A DNA stretch of 64,000 nucleotides from an uncultured Acidobacteriota bacterium. Its GTDB lineage: Bacteria; Acidobacteriota; Thermoanaerobaculia; Multivoradales; UBA5704. Shown here piece by piece: positions 1 to 12,552 of the stretch; within the stretch, counting starts at the first letter, position 1; every line of letters begins with the position of its first letter. Below the pieces are notes generated by a model, which was given only the letters and a program-made list of their open reading frames with translations, had not been told where the DNA came from and ran no database searches. Location: assembly GCA_963770895.1 (NCBI GenBank), contig CAVYRF010000001.1, positions 1,408,001-1,472,000 of the forward strand, read 5' to 3'. The position numbers and the translations under genes are program-made.

Positions 1-319
1 CCACCCGCGGCACGTGGATGAGCGCCGCGACGCTCACGCCGACGCCGGTGCCCAGCCCCAGCGCCAGGATCAGCGGCAGCGCCCACCGCCGGAAAGGCCG
101 GCGGCCCCGCCGCCGGTCGCGAGGCACCGGGCGGGAAGCGAAGGTGGGTCCCTCTTGGCTGCGGGTCCCGGAGTCTGCCACGCCGTTCATTATAGGTGCA
201 GACCGGTCCGCCGGCCGCCGCAATGCAGGCTCCCGGCTCCTGCCGTTTGCCGTGCCGACGGGTGCGACGCATGGGCACGGCTTGCCGCTGCCGGGTGGCG
301 GTGATAGAAACGGTACCCC

Positions 320-946
320 GTGGGCGAGCCTGCAGGTACTCCTAACGCGCCGTTCAACCCGCCGCACGCCATCCAGGTGCCGCGGGATGGTCCCGGATGC
401 AGCAAGCCGATGGTGGTGGGCTGTGCCGGGCTGCTGCTCGTCGGCGCCTTCGCCCTGCTGATCAGCCTGGCGCCCAGCTTCATCCGCTGGTCGTTCCAGA
501 AGATGGAGGAGTCGCTGTCGGCGCGCCTGCCGGCCGATCTGACGCCGGCCGAACGCGACCGGCTGCACCGCGCCTTCCAGACCGCCGGGCACGCCGCTTC
601 CAGCGGCCAGGGCGACTTCGACGGCATGCGGCGGTTCCAGCAGCAGATGCTGTCGCTCGAAGGCAGCCAGCGGCAGCTCAGCCACCTGGAGGTGCAGCAG
701 CTCACCCGCGCATTGGAAAGCCTCAGCCGCCGGCCGGCCGCGTCGCCACCAATCCCCGGCGCGCCGGGCGCGCCGGGTGCGCCGGCCGTGCCACAGGCGC
801 CGTCATCTGGCGCGCCGCCGCCTCCCGCGCCGCCGGCGCCGGCCCATGCGCAGGGTCCGGCAGGCACGCAAACCGTGCGTTTCCAACCCCAGGCGCCGCA
901 CTGGCTCCGGCCGGCGGCGGTCCAATACGCCGCGGCGCCGGCCTGA
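320..946 (+). CDS. Hypothetical membrane-anchored protein with Pro/Ala-rich tail
   Basis: ORF with one hydrophobic segment ([19 protein letters not shown]) and host-like codon usage, directly upstream of uvrB; start uncertain. Confidence 0.6.
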   Translation: MGEPAGTPNAPFNPPHAIQVPRDGPGCSKPMVVGCAGLLLVGAFALLISLAPSFIRWSFQKMEESLSARLPADLTPAERDRLHRAFQTAGHAASSGQGDFDGMRRFQQQMLSLEGSQRQLSHLEVQQLTRALESLSRRPAASPPIPGAPGAPGAPAVPQAPSSGAPPPPAPPAPAHAQGPAGTQTVRFQPQAPHWLRPAAVQYAAAPA

Positions 947-996
947 GTCGGACGCCGCCGGAACAAACCGCGGCGGCGGCGGGTTTTAGCACTGGC

Positions 997-2991
<1,995 letters not shown>

Positions 2992-3058
2992 GGCTCACCC
3001 TCCGATCACCATCAGAGCACCGGCTTTTCCCCACCCCATCCGCCGCCGGCCCAGCCGC

Positions 3059-4981
3059 ATGCAACCGCAGGACACTCTCGCCACCCGCATCAAGGAGCTG
3101 CCCGACCGGCCCGGCATCTATATCTTCAAGGACGCCGCCGGCAAGGTCCTCTACGTCGGCAAGGCCAAGTCGCTGCGCAAGCGCGCCTCGTCGTACCTGG
3201 TGCGCGACCACGAGCCGCGGCTGGCGGCGATGATGGCCGAGGCGGCCGACCTGGAATTCGTGGTCACCGACTCGGAGCCCGAGGCGCTGCTGCTCGAAAA
3301 CAACTGGATCAAGCGCCGCCGGCCGCGCTACAACATCCTGCTGCGCGACGACAAGACCTATCCCTATCTCAAGCTGACGGTGCAGGAGGCGTGGCCGCGC
3401 ATCGCCTTCACCCGCCGCATCCGCGACGACGGCGCCGAGTATTTCGGCCCCTTCCTGCCCGGCGGCCTGGCGCGCAAGGCGATCAAGCTGGTGCAGAAAC
3501 TGTTCAGGGTGCGCGTCTGCCACATCGAGGTCGACGGCTCGCTGGCGCGCCCCTGCCTGTATTACGACATGCACCGCTGCCTGGGGCCCTGCGTCGCGGC
3601 GCTCACCACCGCGGACCACTATGCGCAAGCCGTGGTGCAGGCGCGGCTCTTCCTGGCCGGGCGCAACGACGTGCTGCTGCGCAGCCTCAAACGTGAGATG
3701 TGGGAGGCCGCCGAAGCGACCGACTACGAGCGCGCCGCGCGGCTGCGCGACTCCCTGGCCGAGATCGAAGCGATCGGCGAACGGCGCAAGCTGTCCTCCG
3801 TGGACGGCGAGGACGTCGACGTCTACGGCGTCCAGGTGGCCGGCGGCAACGCCGCGGTGGTCGTCCTGGTGATGCGCGGCGGCCAGGTGCTCGATCGCCG
3901 CGAGCTGTTCTGGGAAGGGGTGGGGGACATCTCGGCCGAGCTGCTGCTGTCGCAGGTGGTGCCCCAGATCTACGACCGCACCACGTTCATCCCCAAGGAG
4001 ATCCACCTGCCGGCGCCGATCGAAGGCGAAGAGGCGCTGCTGACCTGGCTGTCCGAGCGCAAGGGCGCCAAGGTCTACCTGCGCATGCCGTCGCGCGGCG
4101 CCAAGGCCGAGCGCGTGACGCTGGCGCGCCACAACGCCCAGATGGCCCACCGGCGGCGCTTCCGCGGCGAGCAGACGCCGCCGGGGGCGGCGGCGCTGGA
4201 GCGTCACCTGGCGATGCTGGAGCCCCCGCGGCGCATCGAAGGCTTCGACATCTCGCACTTCCAGGGCGGCGAAACCGTCGCCTCGATGGTGGTCTGGGAA
4301 GAAGGCAGGATGCGCAAGTCCGACTACCGCAGCTTCAACATCCGCGGCCTCGATCAGCCGGACGACTTCGTTTCGATGCGCCAGGCGGTCGAGCGCCGCT
4401 ACCGCCGCCAGCTCGAAGAGGTGGGGGAGATGCCCGACCTGATCCTGATCGACGGCGGCCGCGGACAGCTCAACGCCGCGCTGGCCGCGCTCAGCGAGCT
4501 GGGGGTGGAGGAGACGCCGATCGTGGCGCTGGCCAAGCGCGAAGAGGAGCTCTACGTGCCGGCCAGCCCCGAGCCGCTCAAGCTGCCGCGGCAGGACCCG
4601 GGCTTGCAGCTGCTGCAGCAGATCCGCGACGAAGCGCACCGCTTCGCCGTGTCGCGCCACCGGCGGCGGCGGTCGGCGCGCACGCTGCACAGCCGCCTGG
4701 ACGAGCTGGCCGGGATCGGCCCGCGGCGCCGCCGGCTGCTGCTGACCCGCCTGGGCAGCCTGGAAAAAGTCCGCCAGGCCACGGTCGAAGAGCTGGCCCA
4801 GGTCCTGGGCCCGACCGTGGGCCGCCGCACCTTCGCCCAGCTGCATGCCGCCCCAGCCGGCCAGGCAGCGGCGACCGATGCGGCGATGCCGGCCGACGCG
4901 CCCGCGGTGGCCGAGCCGGTCGACGCCGCCCAGGTCGCTGAATCGGCTGGCCCGGCAGCCACACCGCGGCTACCGGGTTAG
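3059..4981 (+). CDS. uvrC: Excinuclease ABC subunit C
   Basis: GIY-YIG (PGIYIF..YVGKAK), UVR domain, EGFDISH, LIDGGRGQL, RDEAHRFA, C-terminal HhH. Confidence 0.97.
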   Translation: MQPQDTLATRIKELPDRPGIYIFKDAAGKVLYVGKAKSLRKRASSYLVRDHEPRLAAMMAEAADLEFVVTDSEPEALLLENNWIKRRRPRYNILLRDDKTYPYLKLTVQEAWPRIAFTRRIRDDGAEYFGPFLPGGLARKAIKLVQKLFRVRVCHIEVDGSLARPCLYYDMHRCLGPCVAALTTADHYAQAVVQARLFLAGRNDVLLRSLKREMWEAAEATDYERAARLRDSLAEIEAIGERRKLSSVDGEDVDVYGVQVAGGNAAVVVLVMRGGQVLDRRELFWEGVGDISAELLLSQVVPQIYDRTTFIPKEIHLPAPIEGEEALLTWLSERKGAKVYLRMPSRGAKAERVTLARHNAQMAHRRRFRGEQTPPGAAALERHLAMLEPPRRIEGFDISHFQGGETVASMVVWEEGRMRKSDYRSFNIRGLDQPDDFVSMRQAVERRYRRQLEEVGEMPDLILIDGGRGQLNAALAALSELGVEETPIVALAKREEELYVPASPEPLKLPRQDPGLQLLQQIRDEAHRFAVSRHRRRRSARTLHSRLDELAGIGPRRRRLLLTRLGSLEKVRQATVEELAQVLGPTVGRRTFAQLHAAPAGQAAATDAAMPADAPAVAEPVDAAQVAESAGPAATPRLPG

Positions 4982-5068
4982 CAGGTGCCGCCCGCCGCTA
5001 GAGCGCGCGACAGGTGCAGGTATCGGTGCCCGACGTGCAGAAGTTGGGCAGGGCAAAGCAGCGCGGCG

Positions 5069-5209
5069 TCAGCCGCAGGCGGTGGAGCACAGGCCGCAGA
5101 AGGTGTAGCGGCCCGACCCGACGGCGGCGGCGGCCGCACGGGCTTCGCGGGTGTCGAGGGCGCGGACGGTTTCCTTGTGCAGGTGGAGCGTCACTGGCTG
5201 CTTTTTCAT
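5069..5209 (-). CDS. 46-aa Cys-rich putative RiPP (lanthipeptide-like) precursor
   Basis: MKKQPVTLHLHKETVRALDTREARAAAAAVGSGRYTFCGLCSTACG; AAGGGAG RBS upstream; LxLxKETVxxL leader; Ser/Thr/Cys-rich core. Confidence 0.65.
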   Translation of the reverse strand: MKKQPVTLHLHKETVRALDTREARAAAAAVGSGRYTFCGLCSTACG

Positions 5210-5355
5210 GGAGTCTCCCTTGGGCCGCACGCAGCCGGCCGATTGGAACGCACGCGCGACAAGCGCGCGGCGCATGCAGAGGCTACCGTATCGGACCGCC
5301 TCCCTGCGGCGCAAAGCCAGCAGGGGGTATGGTGGCGACGCGGCGGTGGGTGGCG

Positions 5356-7770
5356 CTACTCCTGGCGCAGCGTGTCGAGCGGGTCGGCGCGCAGCGCCCG
5401 GCGCGCCGGCAGCAGGCTTGCCAGCAGGGCCACGCTGCCCAGGAACAGCGAAATGAGGCCGAAGTTGGCGGGGTCGGTGGGGCTCACCTGGTAGAGCAGC
5501 TCGCCCAGGATCGGCGCCAGCGCCCGCGCCACCACGATGCCGCAGGCCAGGCCGATCGCGGTCAGGCGCAGCGCCTGGCCGAGCACCAGCCGCATCACGT
5601 CGCGATCCTGGGCGCCCAGCGCAATGCGCACGCCGATCTCGCGCTGGCGCTGGCTCACCGCGTAGGACAGCACGCCGTAGATGCCGATCGCCGCGAGCAG
5701 CAGCGCCAGGGCGCCGGCGCCGGCGAACACGCCGCTGAACAGGCGCTGCGTCCACGCTCCGTCGAGCCGCAGGTTTTCCATGGTGACGGGGCGGTAGAGT
5801 GCCAGGCCGGGGTCGGCGGCGTGGACCTGGCGGCGGATCAGCGCCGTCAAGGTCGCCGGCGCGACGCGGCTGCGCACGATCAGACCGTTGCTGCGCTCGG
5901 CCTGGTAGGGGTAGGGCAGGTAGGCGCTGGGCCGCATCGGCGCCACCAGCTGCTCGTCGCCGCGGAAGTCGCCGACGACGCCGACGACGGTGATCCATTC
6001 GCCGTGGCCGGTTTGCGCCAGCTTGAAGCGGTGGCCCAGCGCCGCGCCGTTGGGCCAGAAGCTCCTGGCGAAGGTGTCGTTGACCACGGCGACGGGCAGG
6101 CCCGCCGCGACCTCGCCCTCGCTCAAGGCGCGGCCCGCCACCATCGGCGCCCCCAGCGCTGCGAAGTACTGCGCGGTGATGCCGGTGTAGTAGGCGGTCG
6201 GCGCGGGGCCCGGCGGCGCCGGCTGCCCATCGATCGCCACGTCGACGTCGTGACCGCCGTCGCCAAGCGGCACCAGGTTGGCGGCGGCGGCGCGCTCGAC
6301 CCCGGGCAGCGCCGCGATGCGCCGCAGGACGTCGTCGATGCGGCGGGCCTTGGCGGTGTCGGAGTCGTAGGCCGGGCCGGCCAGGAACACGCGCGCGGTC
6401 AGGATGCGCGCCGGGTCGAAGCCGATGTCGGCCTGGCGCAGCTGCAGGAAGTTGCGGGCGGCAAGCGAGGTGCCGACCAGCAGCACCAGCGCCAGGGCGA
6501 TCTCGACGACCACCAGGACGCTGCGCAGGCGGTGGCTCTCGCGGCCGGCGCTGGCGTTGCGGCTGCCGTCCTTGAGCAGCGCGTTCACGTCGCGGCGCAA
6601 CGCGCCGGCAGCGGGCGCCAGTCCGAACAGCACGCCGGTCGCGACCGCCGCGGACAGCGTGAACAGCAACACCGGACCGTCCAGGGTGAAGTGCAGCCAG
6701 TAGGCCAGGTGCTGGCGCGGAATCGCGGCCACGATCAGGCGCATGCCCGCCTCGGCGACCGCGACGCCGAGCACGCCGCCGGCCAGTGCCAGCAGCAGGC
6801 TCTCGGTCAGCAGCTGGCGCAGGATGCGGCCGCTGCCGGCGCCGAAGGCGAAGCGCACCGCCATCTCGCGCTGGCGGCTGGTGGCGCGCGACAGCTGCAG
6901 GTTGGCGACGTTGGCGCAGGCGATCAGCAGCACGAACAGCACCGCCCCCAGGAGCGAGTTCAGGAACAGCTGGGTGCCCTCGAACAGCAGGTCGTCGCGC
7001 AGCGGCCGCTGTCTCACCTTCCAACCGGCGTGAGCGGCGGGGTGGGCCGCCGCCTGGCGGCGAGCGAAGGCGGCCAGCTCGGCGTTCAGCGCCGCGGCCG
7101 AGGTGCCGGGCCGCAGCCGTGCCAGCACCATCAGCCGGCGGTCGGTGCGCAGGCTGGCGTGGTAGCGGGGGGCCAGCGGCACCCACGCCATCGAGCGCGC
7201 GGGGAAGGCGAACTCCGGCGGCATGACTCCCACCACCGTATGCGGCGTGCCGTCGACCAGGATGGAGTGCCCGACGATGCCGCGGTCGCCGCGGAAGGCG
7301 CGGTGCCACACGCCGTCGCTCAGCAGGATGGTCGGTGCGGCCCCCGGCCGGTCGTCCTCGGGGCTGAAATCGCGGCCCAACGCCGGTGGCACTCCCAGCA
7401 GCGAAAACAGGCCGGCGGACACCGCCTGCGCGTCCAGGCGCTGCGGTTGGTCGACGCCGTTGAGGACCAGGCTCTGCCCGGTGGCGGCCGCCACGCTGGC
7501 GTTGCTGAGCCCCTGGTGCGCCAGGTCGTAGAAGTCGGGCCAGGCGAAGTCCTCGTAAGCCGGGCGGGCCGCGCGGCTGCGGTGCAGCACCACGATGCGA
7601 TCGGGGTCGGCAAACGGGAGGGGGCGCAGCAGCACCGCCTCGACGACGCTGAACATCGCCGTGCTGGCGCCGATGCCCAGCGCCATGCAGGCGATGGCCA
7701 CCGCCGCCATCGCCGGGGTCCGCCGGAACCCGCGCAGCGCCAACCGCACATCCTGCGCCAACGTCTCCAT
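5356..7770 (-). CDS. ADOP-type duplicated ABC permease (MacB/FtsX x2)
   Basis: METLAQDVRLALR start, ALGIGASTAMFSVV, LLIACANVANL, RQREMAVR and RQREIGVRIALGA, ARRALRADP ending. Confidence 0.93.
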   Translation of the reverse strand: METLAQDVRLALRGFRRTPAMAAVAIACMALGIGASTAMFSVVEAVLLRPLPFADPDRIVVLHRSRAARPAYEDFAWPDFYDLAHQGLSNASVAAATGQSLVLNGVDQPQRLDAQAVSAGLFSLLGVPPALGRDFSPEDDRPGAAPTILLSDGVWHRAFRGDRGIVGHSILVDGTPHTVVGVMPPEFAFPARSMAWVPLAPRYHASLRTDRRLMVLARLRPGTSAAALNAELAAFARRQAAAHPAAHAGWKVRQRPLRDDLLFEGTQLFLNSLLGAVLFVLLIACANVANLQLSRATSRQREMAVRFAFGAGSGRILRQLLTESLLLALAGGVLGVAVAEAGMRLIVAAIPRQHLAYWLHFTLDGPVLLFTLSAAVATGVLFGLAPAAGALRRDVNALLKDGSRNASAGRESHRLRSVLVVVEIALALVLLVGTSLAARNFLQLRQADIGFDPARILTARVFLAGPAYDSDTAKARRIDDVLRRIAALPGVERAAAANLVPLGDGGHDVDVAIDGQPAPPGPAPTAYYTGITAQYFAALGAPMVAGRALSEGEVAAGLPVAVVNDTFARSFWPNGAALGHRFKLAQTGHGEWITVVGVVGDFRGDEQLVAPMRPSAYLPYPYQAERSNGLIVRSRVAPATLTALIRRQVHAADPGLALYRPVTMENLRLDGAWTQRLFSGVFAGAGALALLLAAIGIYGVLSYAVSQRQREIGVRIALGAQDRDVMRLVLGQALRLTAIGLACGIVVARALAPILGELLYQVSPTDPANFGLISLFLGSVALLASLLPARRALRADPLDTLRQE

Positions 7771-7891
7771 CGTCGCCTCCCTCGTGGCGCCACGTCGCCG
7801 CGCGGCCCTCCACCACCCCATGCGCTCCTTCCAGGCATGATACGGCAGCGCCCGCCGCGGGTTGCGCCGCGGCGCCGAGAGGCTAAGATGA

Positions 7892-8548
7892 GTGCGGGGG
7901 GAGGCGGCGATGAACAGCTCGAAGACGATCTGGGCGCTGCTGGCGGTGCTGACGCTGCCGGCGCTGCTGGACGTGGCGGTGCCGGCCGGCGCCGGTCAGC
8001 AGGTCACCGCTCCGGCGACCCCGCCGGCCCCGGCGGCTCCAGCGGGCGACAAAGGGGCGGCGGCGGCGCGGGTCGAGCCTGGCAGCACGGCGCCGGCCGC
8101 TGCCGTGTCGCTGCGCCTGGTGCCGTTGAGCGGCGCTGCGCTCGAATTGACCGCCGCCGACCTGGCGCGGATGCCCCGCCAGACCCTGAAGACCGCCGCG
8201 CCCGCCGGCGGCGCCGGCCATGCCGAAAGCGGCCAGCCCGCGGCGCTGGAAGGCGTGCCGCTGCGGGCGCTGCTCGATCGGCTGGGGGTGCCCGCGGGGC
8301 ACGATCTGCACGGCGATGCCCTGCAGCTCTACGTCGTCGCCGAGGGAGCGGACGGCTATCGCGTCGTGCTCGCCGTCCCGGAGCTCGACGCAAGCTTCAC
8401 GGACAGCGTCGTGCTGGTCGCCGACCGCAAGAACGGGCGCCCGCTCGATGCGGTAGAGGGGCCGTTGCGGCTCGTCGTGCCGACAGACAAACGCCCCGCC
8501 CGTTGGGTCCGCCAGCTGGTGCGCATCAGCGTGCGGCGGGCATCCTGA
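7892..8548 (+). CDS. Exported molybdopterin-dependent oxidoreductase-like protein
   Basis: Signal peptide; GVPLRALL, GADGY, GPLRLVVP..RWVRQL motifs; adjacent to a TOBE gene. Confidence 0.8.
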   Translation: MRGEAAMNSSKTIWALLAVLTLPALLDVAVPAGAGQQVTAPATPPAPAAPAGDKGAAAARVEPGSTAPAAAVSLRLVPLSGAALELTAADLARMPRQTLKTAAPAGGAGHAESGQPAALEGVPLRALLDRLGVPAGHDLHGDALQLYVVAEGADGYRVVLAVPELDASFTDSVVLVADRKNGRPLDAVEGPLRLVVPTDKRPARWVRQLVRISVRRAS

Positions 8549-8583
8549 ACTCTTGAACTGAGGATCGAAGGAGGGACTCGCAG

Positions 8584-8799
8584 ATGAAAATCAGCGCCCG
8601 CAATCAACTGCCCGGCAAGGTCACCAGCGTGCAGCTGGGAGCCGTGATGGCCGAAGTCACCGTCGACATCGGCGGCGGCAACTCCCTGGTATCCGCCATC
8701 ACCCGCGGCTCGGCCGAGTCGCTGGACCTGCGAGAAGGCGCCCCGGTGGTGGTCATCATCAAGGCCACCGAAGTCCTCATCGGCCGCGAGGACCAGTAG
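8584..8799 (+). CDS. TOBE/Mop molybdate-binding protein (molbindin)
   Basis: MKISARNQLPG..SAIT..IKATEV signature; GAAGGAGG RBS. Confidence 0.93.
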   Translation: MKISARNQLPGKVTSVQLGAVMAEVTVDIGGGNSLVSAITRGSAESLDLREGAPVVVIIKATEVLIGREDQ

Positions 8800-9982
8800 C
8801 CGATCCCTGCCGCCCACGCCGCCCATGCCGGCCGCGGGCGCGCGCGGCGGTTGTCCGCCGCCGCGCCGGCCGCGCCCCCCGCGACCGCCGCGCCGGCGAT
8901 TCCGGCGCGGGCAATCCCTCCAGCAAGGCCAGCGTCTGCGCTTCCAGCTGCGGCAGGATCGCTCCCGCCGCCCCCTCCGTCGCCGCCGCGACCGCCGAGG
9001 CGACCGGCTTGCCGTGCAGCCTGCCCTCCAGGAACGCGGCGATCACGCCCGGATGGACGTAATACTTGCGGCAAATTGCCGGCCGATTGCCAAGCTGAGC
9101 GGCAACCCGCGCGATCGCCTCGTTGACCGCGTGGCGGGCGTCGCGCGGCCCGCCAGCCGCGTTGTCCGCGGCCTCGGCAGGATCGCCGCACATCGTCAGC
9201 AACGCCGCCAGCGCCAGCACCGTACCGCCCCAGGTGCGAAAATCCTTGGCCGTGAACTCTTCTCCGGTGGCTTCCCGCAGGTAGCCGTTGACGTCCGCCG
9301 AATCCACCCCCTGGCGTTCGCCGGCTTCGTCGACGTATTGAAACAGCTCGTGCCCCGGCAGCTCGCGGCAAGCCCGCACCACCCGCGCCACCCGGCGGTT
9401 GGAGATCGCCACGCTATGCTCCTTGCCGCTCTTGCCGCGGAACTGAAACCGCACCGTCGAGCCGCTCACCTCCACGTGCCGCGACCGCATCGTGGTCAGC
9501 CCGAACGAGCGGTTCTCGCGCGCGTACTCTTCGTTGCCCACCCGGATCAGCGTCGTTTCCAGCAACTTGACCACCAAGGCCAGCACCTTGTCGCGAGGCA
9601 ACCCCGGCAGCCCCAGATCCCGCTCCAGCCGCGCCCGCAACCGCGGCAGCGCCTCACCGAAAGCCACCATGCGGCCAAACTTCGTTTCGTCCCGCACCGT
9701 CCGCCAATCCGCATGGTACCGATACTGCTTCCGGCCCCGCGCGTCGCGCCCCGTCGCCTGCAAATGCCCATTCGCCACAGGACAGATCCAAACGTCCTGC
9801 CAAGCCGGCGGGATCGCCAGCGCCTGAATCCGCCGCCGCTCCGCCCGGTCGTGCAGCGGCCCTCCAGCCGCATCCACATAGCGAAAACCCTCACCCTGGC
9901 GGCGGCGCCGGATCCCCGGCCGGGCGTCCGACACATACCGCAGTCCCGCCGCCTTGGCGCTGCTCACAGGATCGATCACCAT
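8777..9982 (-). CDS. Bacterial DNA topoisomerase IB
   Basis: LAIPPAWQDVWI, GRKQYRYH, IRVGNEEY, FRGKSGK, KDFRTW, LGNRPAICRKYYVHP. Confidence 0.93.
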   Translation of the reverse strand: MVIDPVSSAKAAGLRYVSDARPGIRRRRQGEGFRYVDAAGGPLHDRAERRRIQALAIPPAWQDVWICPVANGHLQATGRDARGRKQYRYHADWRTVRDETKFGRMVAFGEALPRLRARLERDLGLPGLPRDKVLALVVKLLETTLIRVGNEEYARENRSFGLTTMRSRHVEVSGSTVRFQFRGKSGKEHSVAISNRRVARVVRACRELPGHELFQYVDEAGERQGVDSADVNGYLREATGEEFTAKDFRTWGGTVLALAALLTMCGDPAEAADNAAGGPRDARHAVNEAIARVAAQLGNRPAICRKYYVHPGVIAAFLEGRLHGKPVASAVAAATEGAAGAILPQLEAQTLALLEGLPAPESPARRSRGARPARRRTTAARARGRHGRRGRQGSATGPRGR

Positions 9983-10160
9983 GCCGCCCCGCCCTTGCAC
10001 CCCGCGTGCCGCCCCCCGCGCAGATCGCGGCCGCGCCGTCAGGCGCGCTGCGATGGGCGCGACAGAACAGCCAGCCGGCCTGCCGGTGTGCTGGCGTAAA
10101 CTGTCTGCCTTGCTGAGGGAGACAGGCTTGGAGGGACAGGACCGCCAGGTGGGGGCAGGT

Positions 10161-11309
10161 GTGCCGGCGCGCCGCAAGGTGCTCATGGTGCAGGGTTCGC
10201 TGCAACCGCCGGGCGGCGGCAACGGGGTGGCCGCCTGGATCCTGCAGGCTCTCAGGGGGCGCTGCGAGCTGACGGTGGTGATGGTGGGCGCGGTCGATCT
10301 GCAAGCGGTCAATCGCCATTTCGGCACCACGCTGGCCGCGGACGACTTTACCGTGGTCACCGTGCGGTCCCTGGTCTGGCGGCTGCTCGACCGGCTGCCG
10401 CTGCGGCTCGCCCTGCTCAGGGGGCTGCTCCTGACGCGCCACGCGCGCCGGCTGGCTCCCGCTTTCGATGCAGTGGTGGGGGCGGCGGGCGAGACCGATC
10501 TGGGCGTGCCGGCCGTGCAGTACGTGCACTTCCCCTGGTCCTATCTGCCGCGCCCACCGCAGGACCTGGTCCACACGTACCACGTCGCCTGGCTGATCCG
10601 CCTCTACACCTGGGGCTGCGCCGTGCTCACCGGGTTCTCCTTCGCCCGCATGCGCCGCAATCTCACCCTGGCCAACTCGCGGTTTACCGCCCGGCATTTC
10701 GCCGCACGCCACGGCGTCGCAGCGGAGATCCTGCATCCGCCCACCATCGGCAGCTTCCCCAAGGTCGCCTGGAGCGACCGGGCCGACTCGTTCATCTGCA
10801 TCGGCCGCATCGCTCCCGAAAAGGAGCTGGAAAAGGTGATCGCCGTCCTCGCCGCGGTGCGGGAGCGCGGCCGGCCGGTCACCCTCACCCTGGCCGGCAT
10901 CGCCGACGATCCTGCCTACCACGCGCTCATCCGCGGGCTGGTGGCAGCGAACGCCTCATGGATGCGGCTGTGCGAGGACCTGCCGCGCGCCGAGCTCTGC
11001 CGGCTGGTCGCCGAGCACCGCTACGGCATCCACGGCATGCAGCGCGAGCACTTCGGCATGGCGGTCGCCGAGATGGTGCGCGCCGGCTGCATCGTCTTCG
11101 TGCCGCGCGAAGGCGGGCCGGCGGAGATCGTTGGCGAGGAGGATCTGCTGCTCTACGACGACGCGCCCGACGCCGTCGAAAAGATCCTGCGGGTCGCCGG
11201 CGACGCCGAGCTCCAGGCCGCCCTGTGCCGGCGTCTCGCCGTGCGCGGCCGCGAGCTCTCGACCGAGCATTTCGTCGCCCGCATCCGCGAGGTCTGCGGC
11301 GCCGCCTGA
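10161..11309 (+). CDS. GT4 glycosyltransferase, ALG11-like
   Basis: PGGG..AW, YVHFP, NSRFT, ILHPP, GRIAPEK, EHFGMAVAE motifs; start approximate. Confidence 0.85.
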   Translation: MPARRKVLMVQGSLQPPGGGNGVAAWILQALRGRCELTVVMVGAVDLQAVNRHFGTTLAADDFTVVTVRSLVWRLLDRLPLRLALLRGLLLTRHARRLAPAFDAVVGAAGETDLGVPAVQYVHFPWSYLPRPPQDLVHTYHVAWLIRLYTWGCAVLTGFSFARMRRNLTLANSRFTARHFAARHGVAAEILHPPTIGSFPKVAWSDRADSFICIGRIAPEKELEKVIAVLAAVRERGRPVTLTLAGIADDPAYHALIRGLVAANASWMRLCEDLPRAELCRLVAEHRYGIHGMQREHFGMAVAEMVRAGCIVFVPREGGPAEIVGEEDLLLYDDAPDAVEKILRVAGDAELQAALCRRLAVRGRELSTEHFVARIREVCGAA

Positions 11310-11312
11310 GCT

Positions 11313-12552
11313 TCAGGGGATGTCAGCCAGCTGGCGGATGCGGTGCTGGAAGCTTTCGACCGAAAGGTCCGGCAGGCCGGCGGCGAGGCTGCGGCGCAGG
11401 TCGGCGACCAGGCCGCATCGATCGGCCCCGTTGCCGCCATCGCTGCCGTCACCGTCGTGCTCGGCGGCGGCGAGCACGCGGCAGATCTTGTCGACGGCCT
11501 CTTGCACGGTGGCGAAGCGCAGGCGCGGGTCGCGCACGATGTCGCTCACGCCGCCGCGGTTGGGAGCGAAGACCAGGCAGCCGCCGGCGGCAAGCTCGGC
11601 GACCGCCATGCCGAACGGCTCGCGCGGGTTGGCGTGGATGGCGTAGCGATGGTGGGCGACCAGGGCGAGCAGGGCCGTACGCTCCAGATTGTGATGGACG
11701 GTGATCCAGGACGCATGGCGGGCAAACACCTCGCCGAGAGCGCGGGTGTGAGCCGGTGAGTCGTCCAGGGCGGCGATGGTCAGGCGCACGGCGTGGCCGC
11801 GGCGGCGCACCTCCTGCAGGATGGCGACGATGGTTTCGTAGCGCTTTTCCGGTGCCAGGCGGCCGATCGCCAGAAACGCGTCTGCGCGCTGTTCCCACGG
11901 CAGCCTTGGAAAGCTGCCGGCGAGCGGCGGATGGAGCACCTCCCGGCGGCGCGCCGGGGTGGCGGCGGGCGTAGACCTTGCCGGTCCAGCGCGAGTTGAC
12001 CAGGGTGACGTTGCGCCGCGTGCGGCGCATGGCAAAGCCGGTGACGGTGCCACAGGCCGCATGGTAGAGCGCGACGCGCAGCCAGCGCCCCCAGGGCCAG
12101 CGCGGGGCGGTGCGGTAGAAGCCGCGGTCGGCACTGGGGCGCGGCCACCAGGTCCAGGGAAAATGGACATATTGCAAGCCGGGACGGCGGCCCAGGTCGG
12201 CCTCGTCCTTGGCGGCGACCAGCAGGTCGTAGCCGCCGGCCAGGGCGCGCCCATGGCGGTAGAGCAGCAGCTGCTTGAGCATGATGAGAGGCGTGGGAGC
12301 GCTCGCCAGCAGGCGCCAGAGCCAGGAATCGGGCACGATCTCGCTCAGCTCGTGCGGCGCGAGCGCGGTGCCGAAGCTGCGGTTGATCGCCGCCAGGTCG
12401 GCCGGCTCGATCGACAGCAGGGCGAGATCGCAGCGCCCCGCCAGCGCCTGCAGCATCCAGGCGGCGACGGCGCTGCCGCCGCCCGGCGTGTGCAGCGACG
12501 GGTGGATGAACAGCACGCGGCGGCGGCGCGCACCTGCCGCGGCGCCGCTCAC
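11313..12552 (-). CDS. GT4 glycosyltransferase, ALG11-like paralog, with a 1-nt frameshift near 11943
   Basis: N-half (FIHPSL..GGG, YVHFP, NSRWT) in one frame, C-half (VLHPP, GRLAPEK, EPFGMAVAE) in another; shift falls in a G-run; GTG start overlaps the ABC stop codon. Confidence 0.8.

Noticed and set aside
11930-11960. Programmed frameshift or phase variation in the ALG11-like gene
   Set aside because: One extra base in a short G-run, with no slippery site or long tract; a similar indel at ~34660 points to sequencing error
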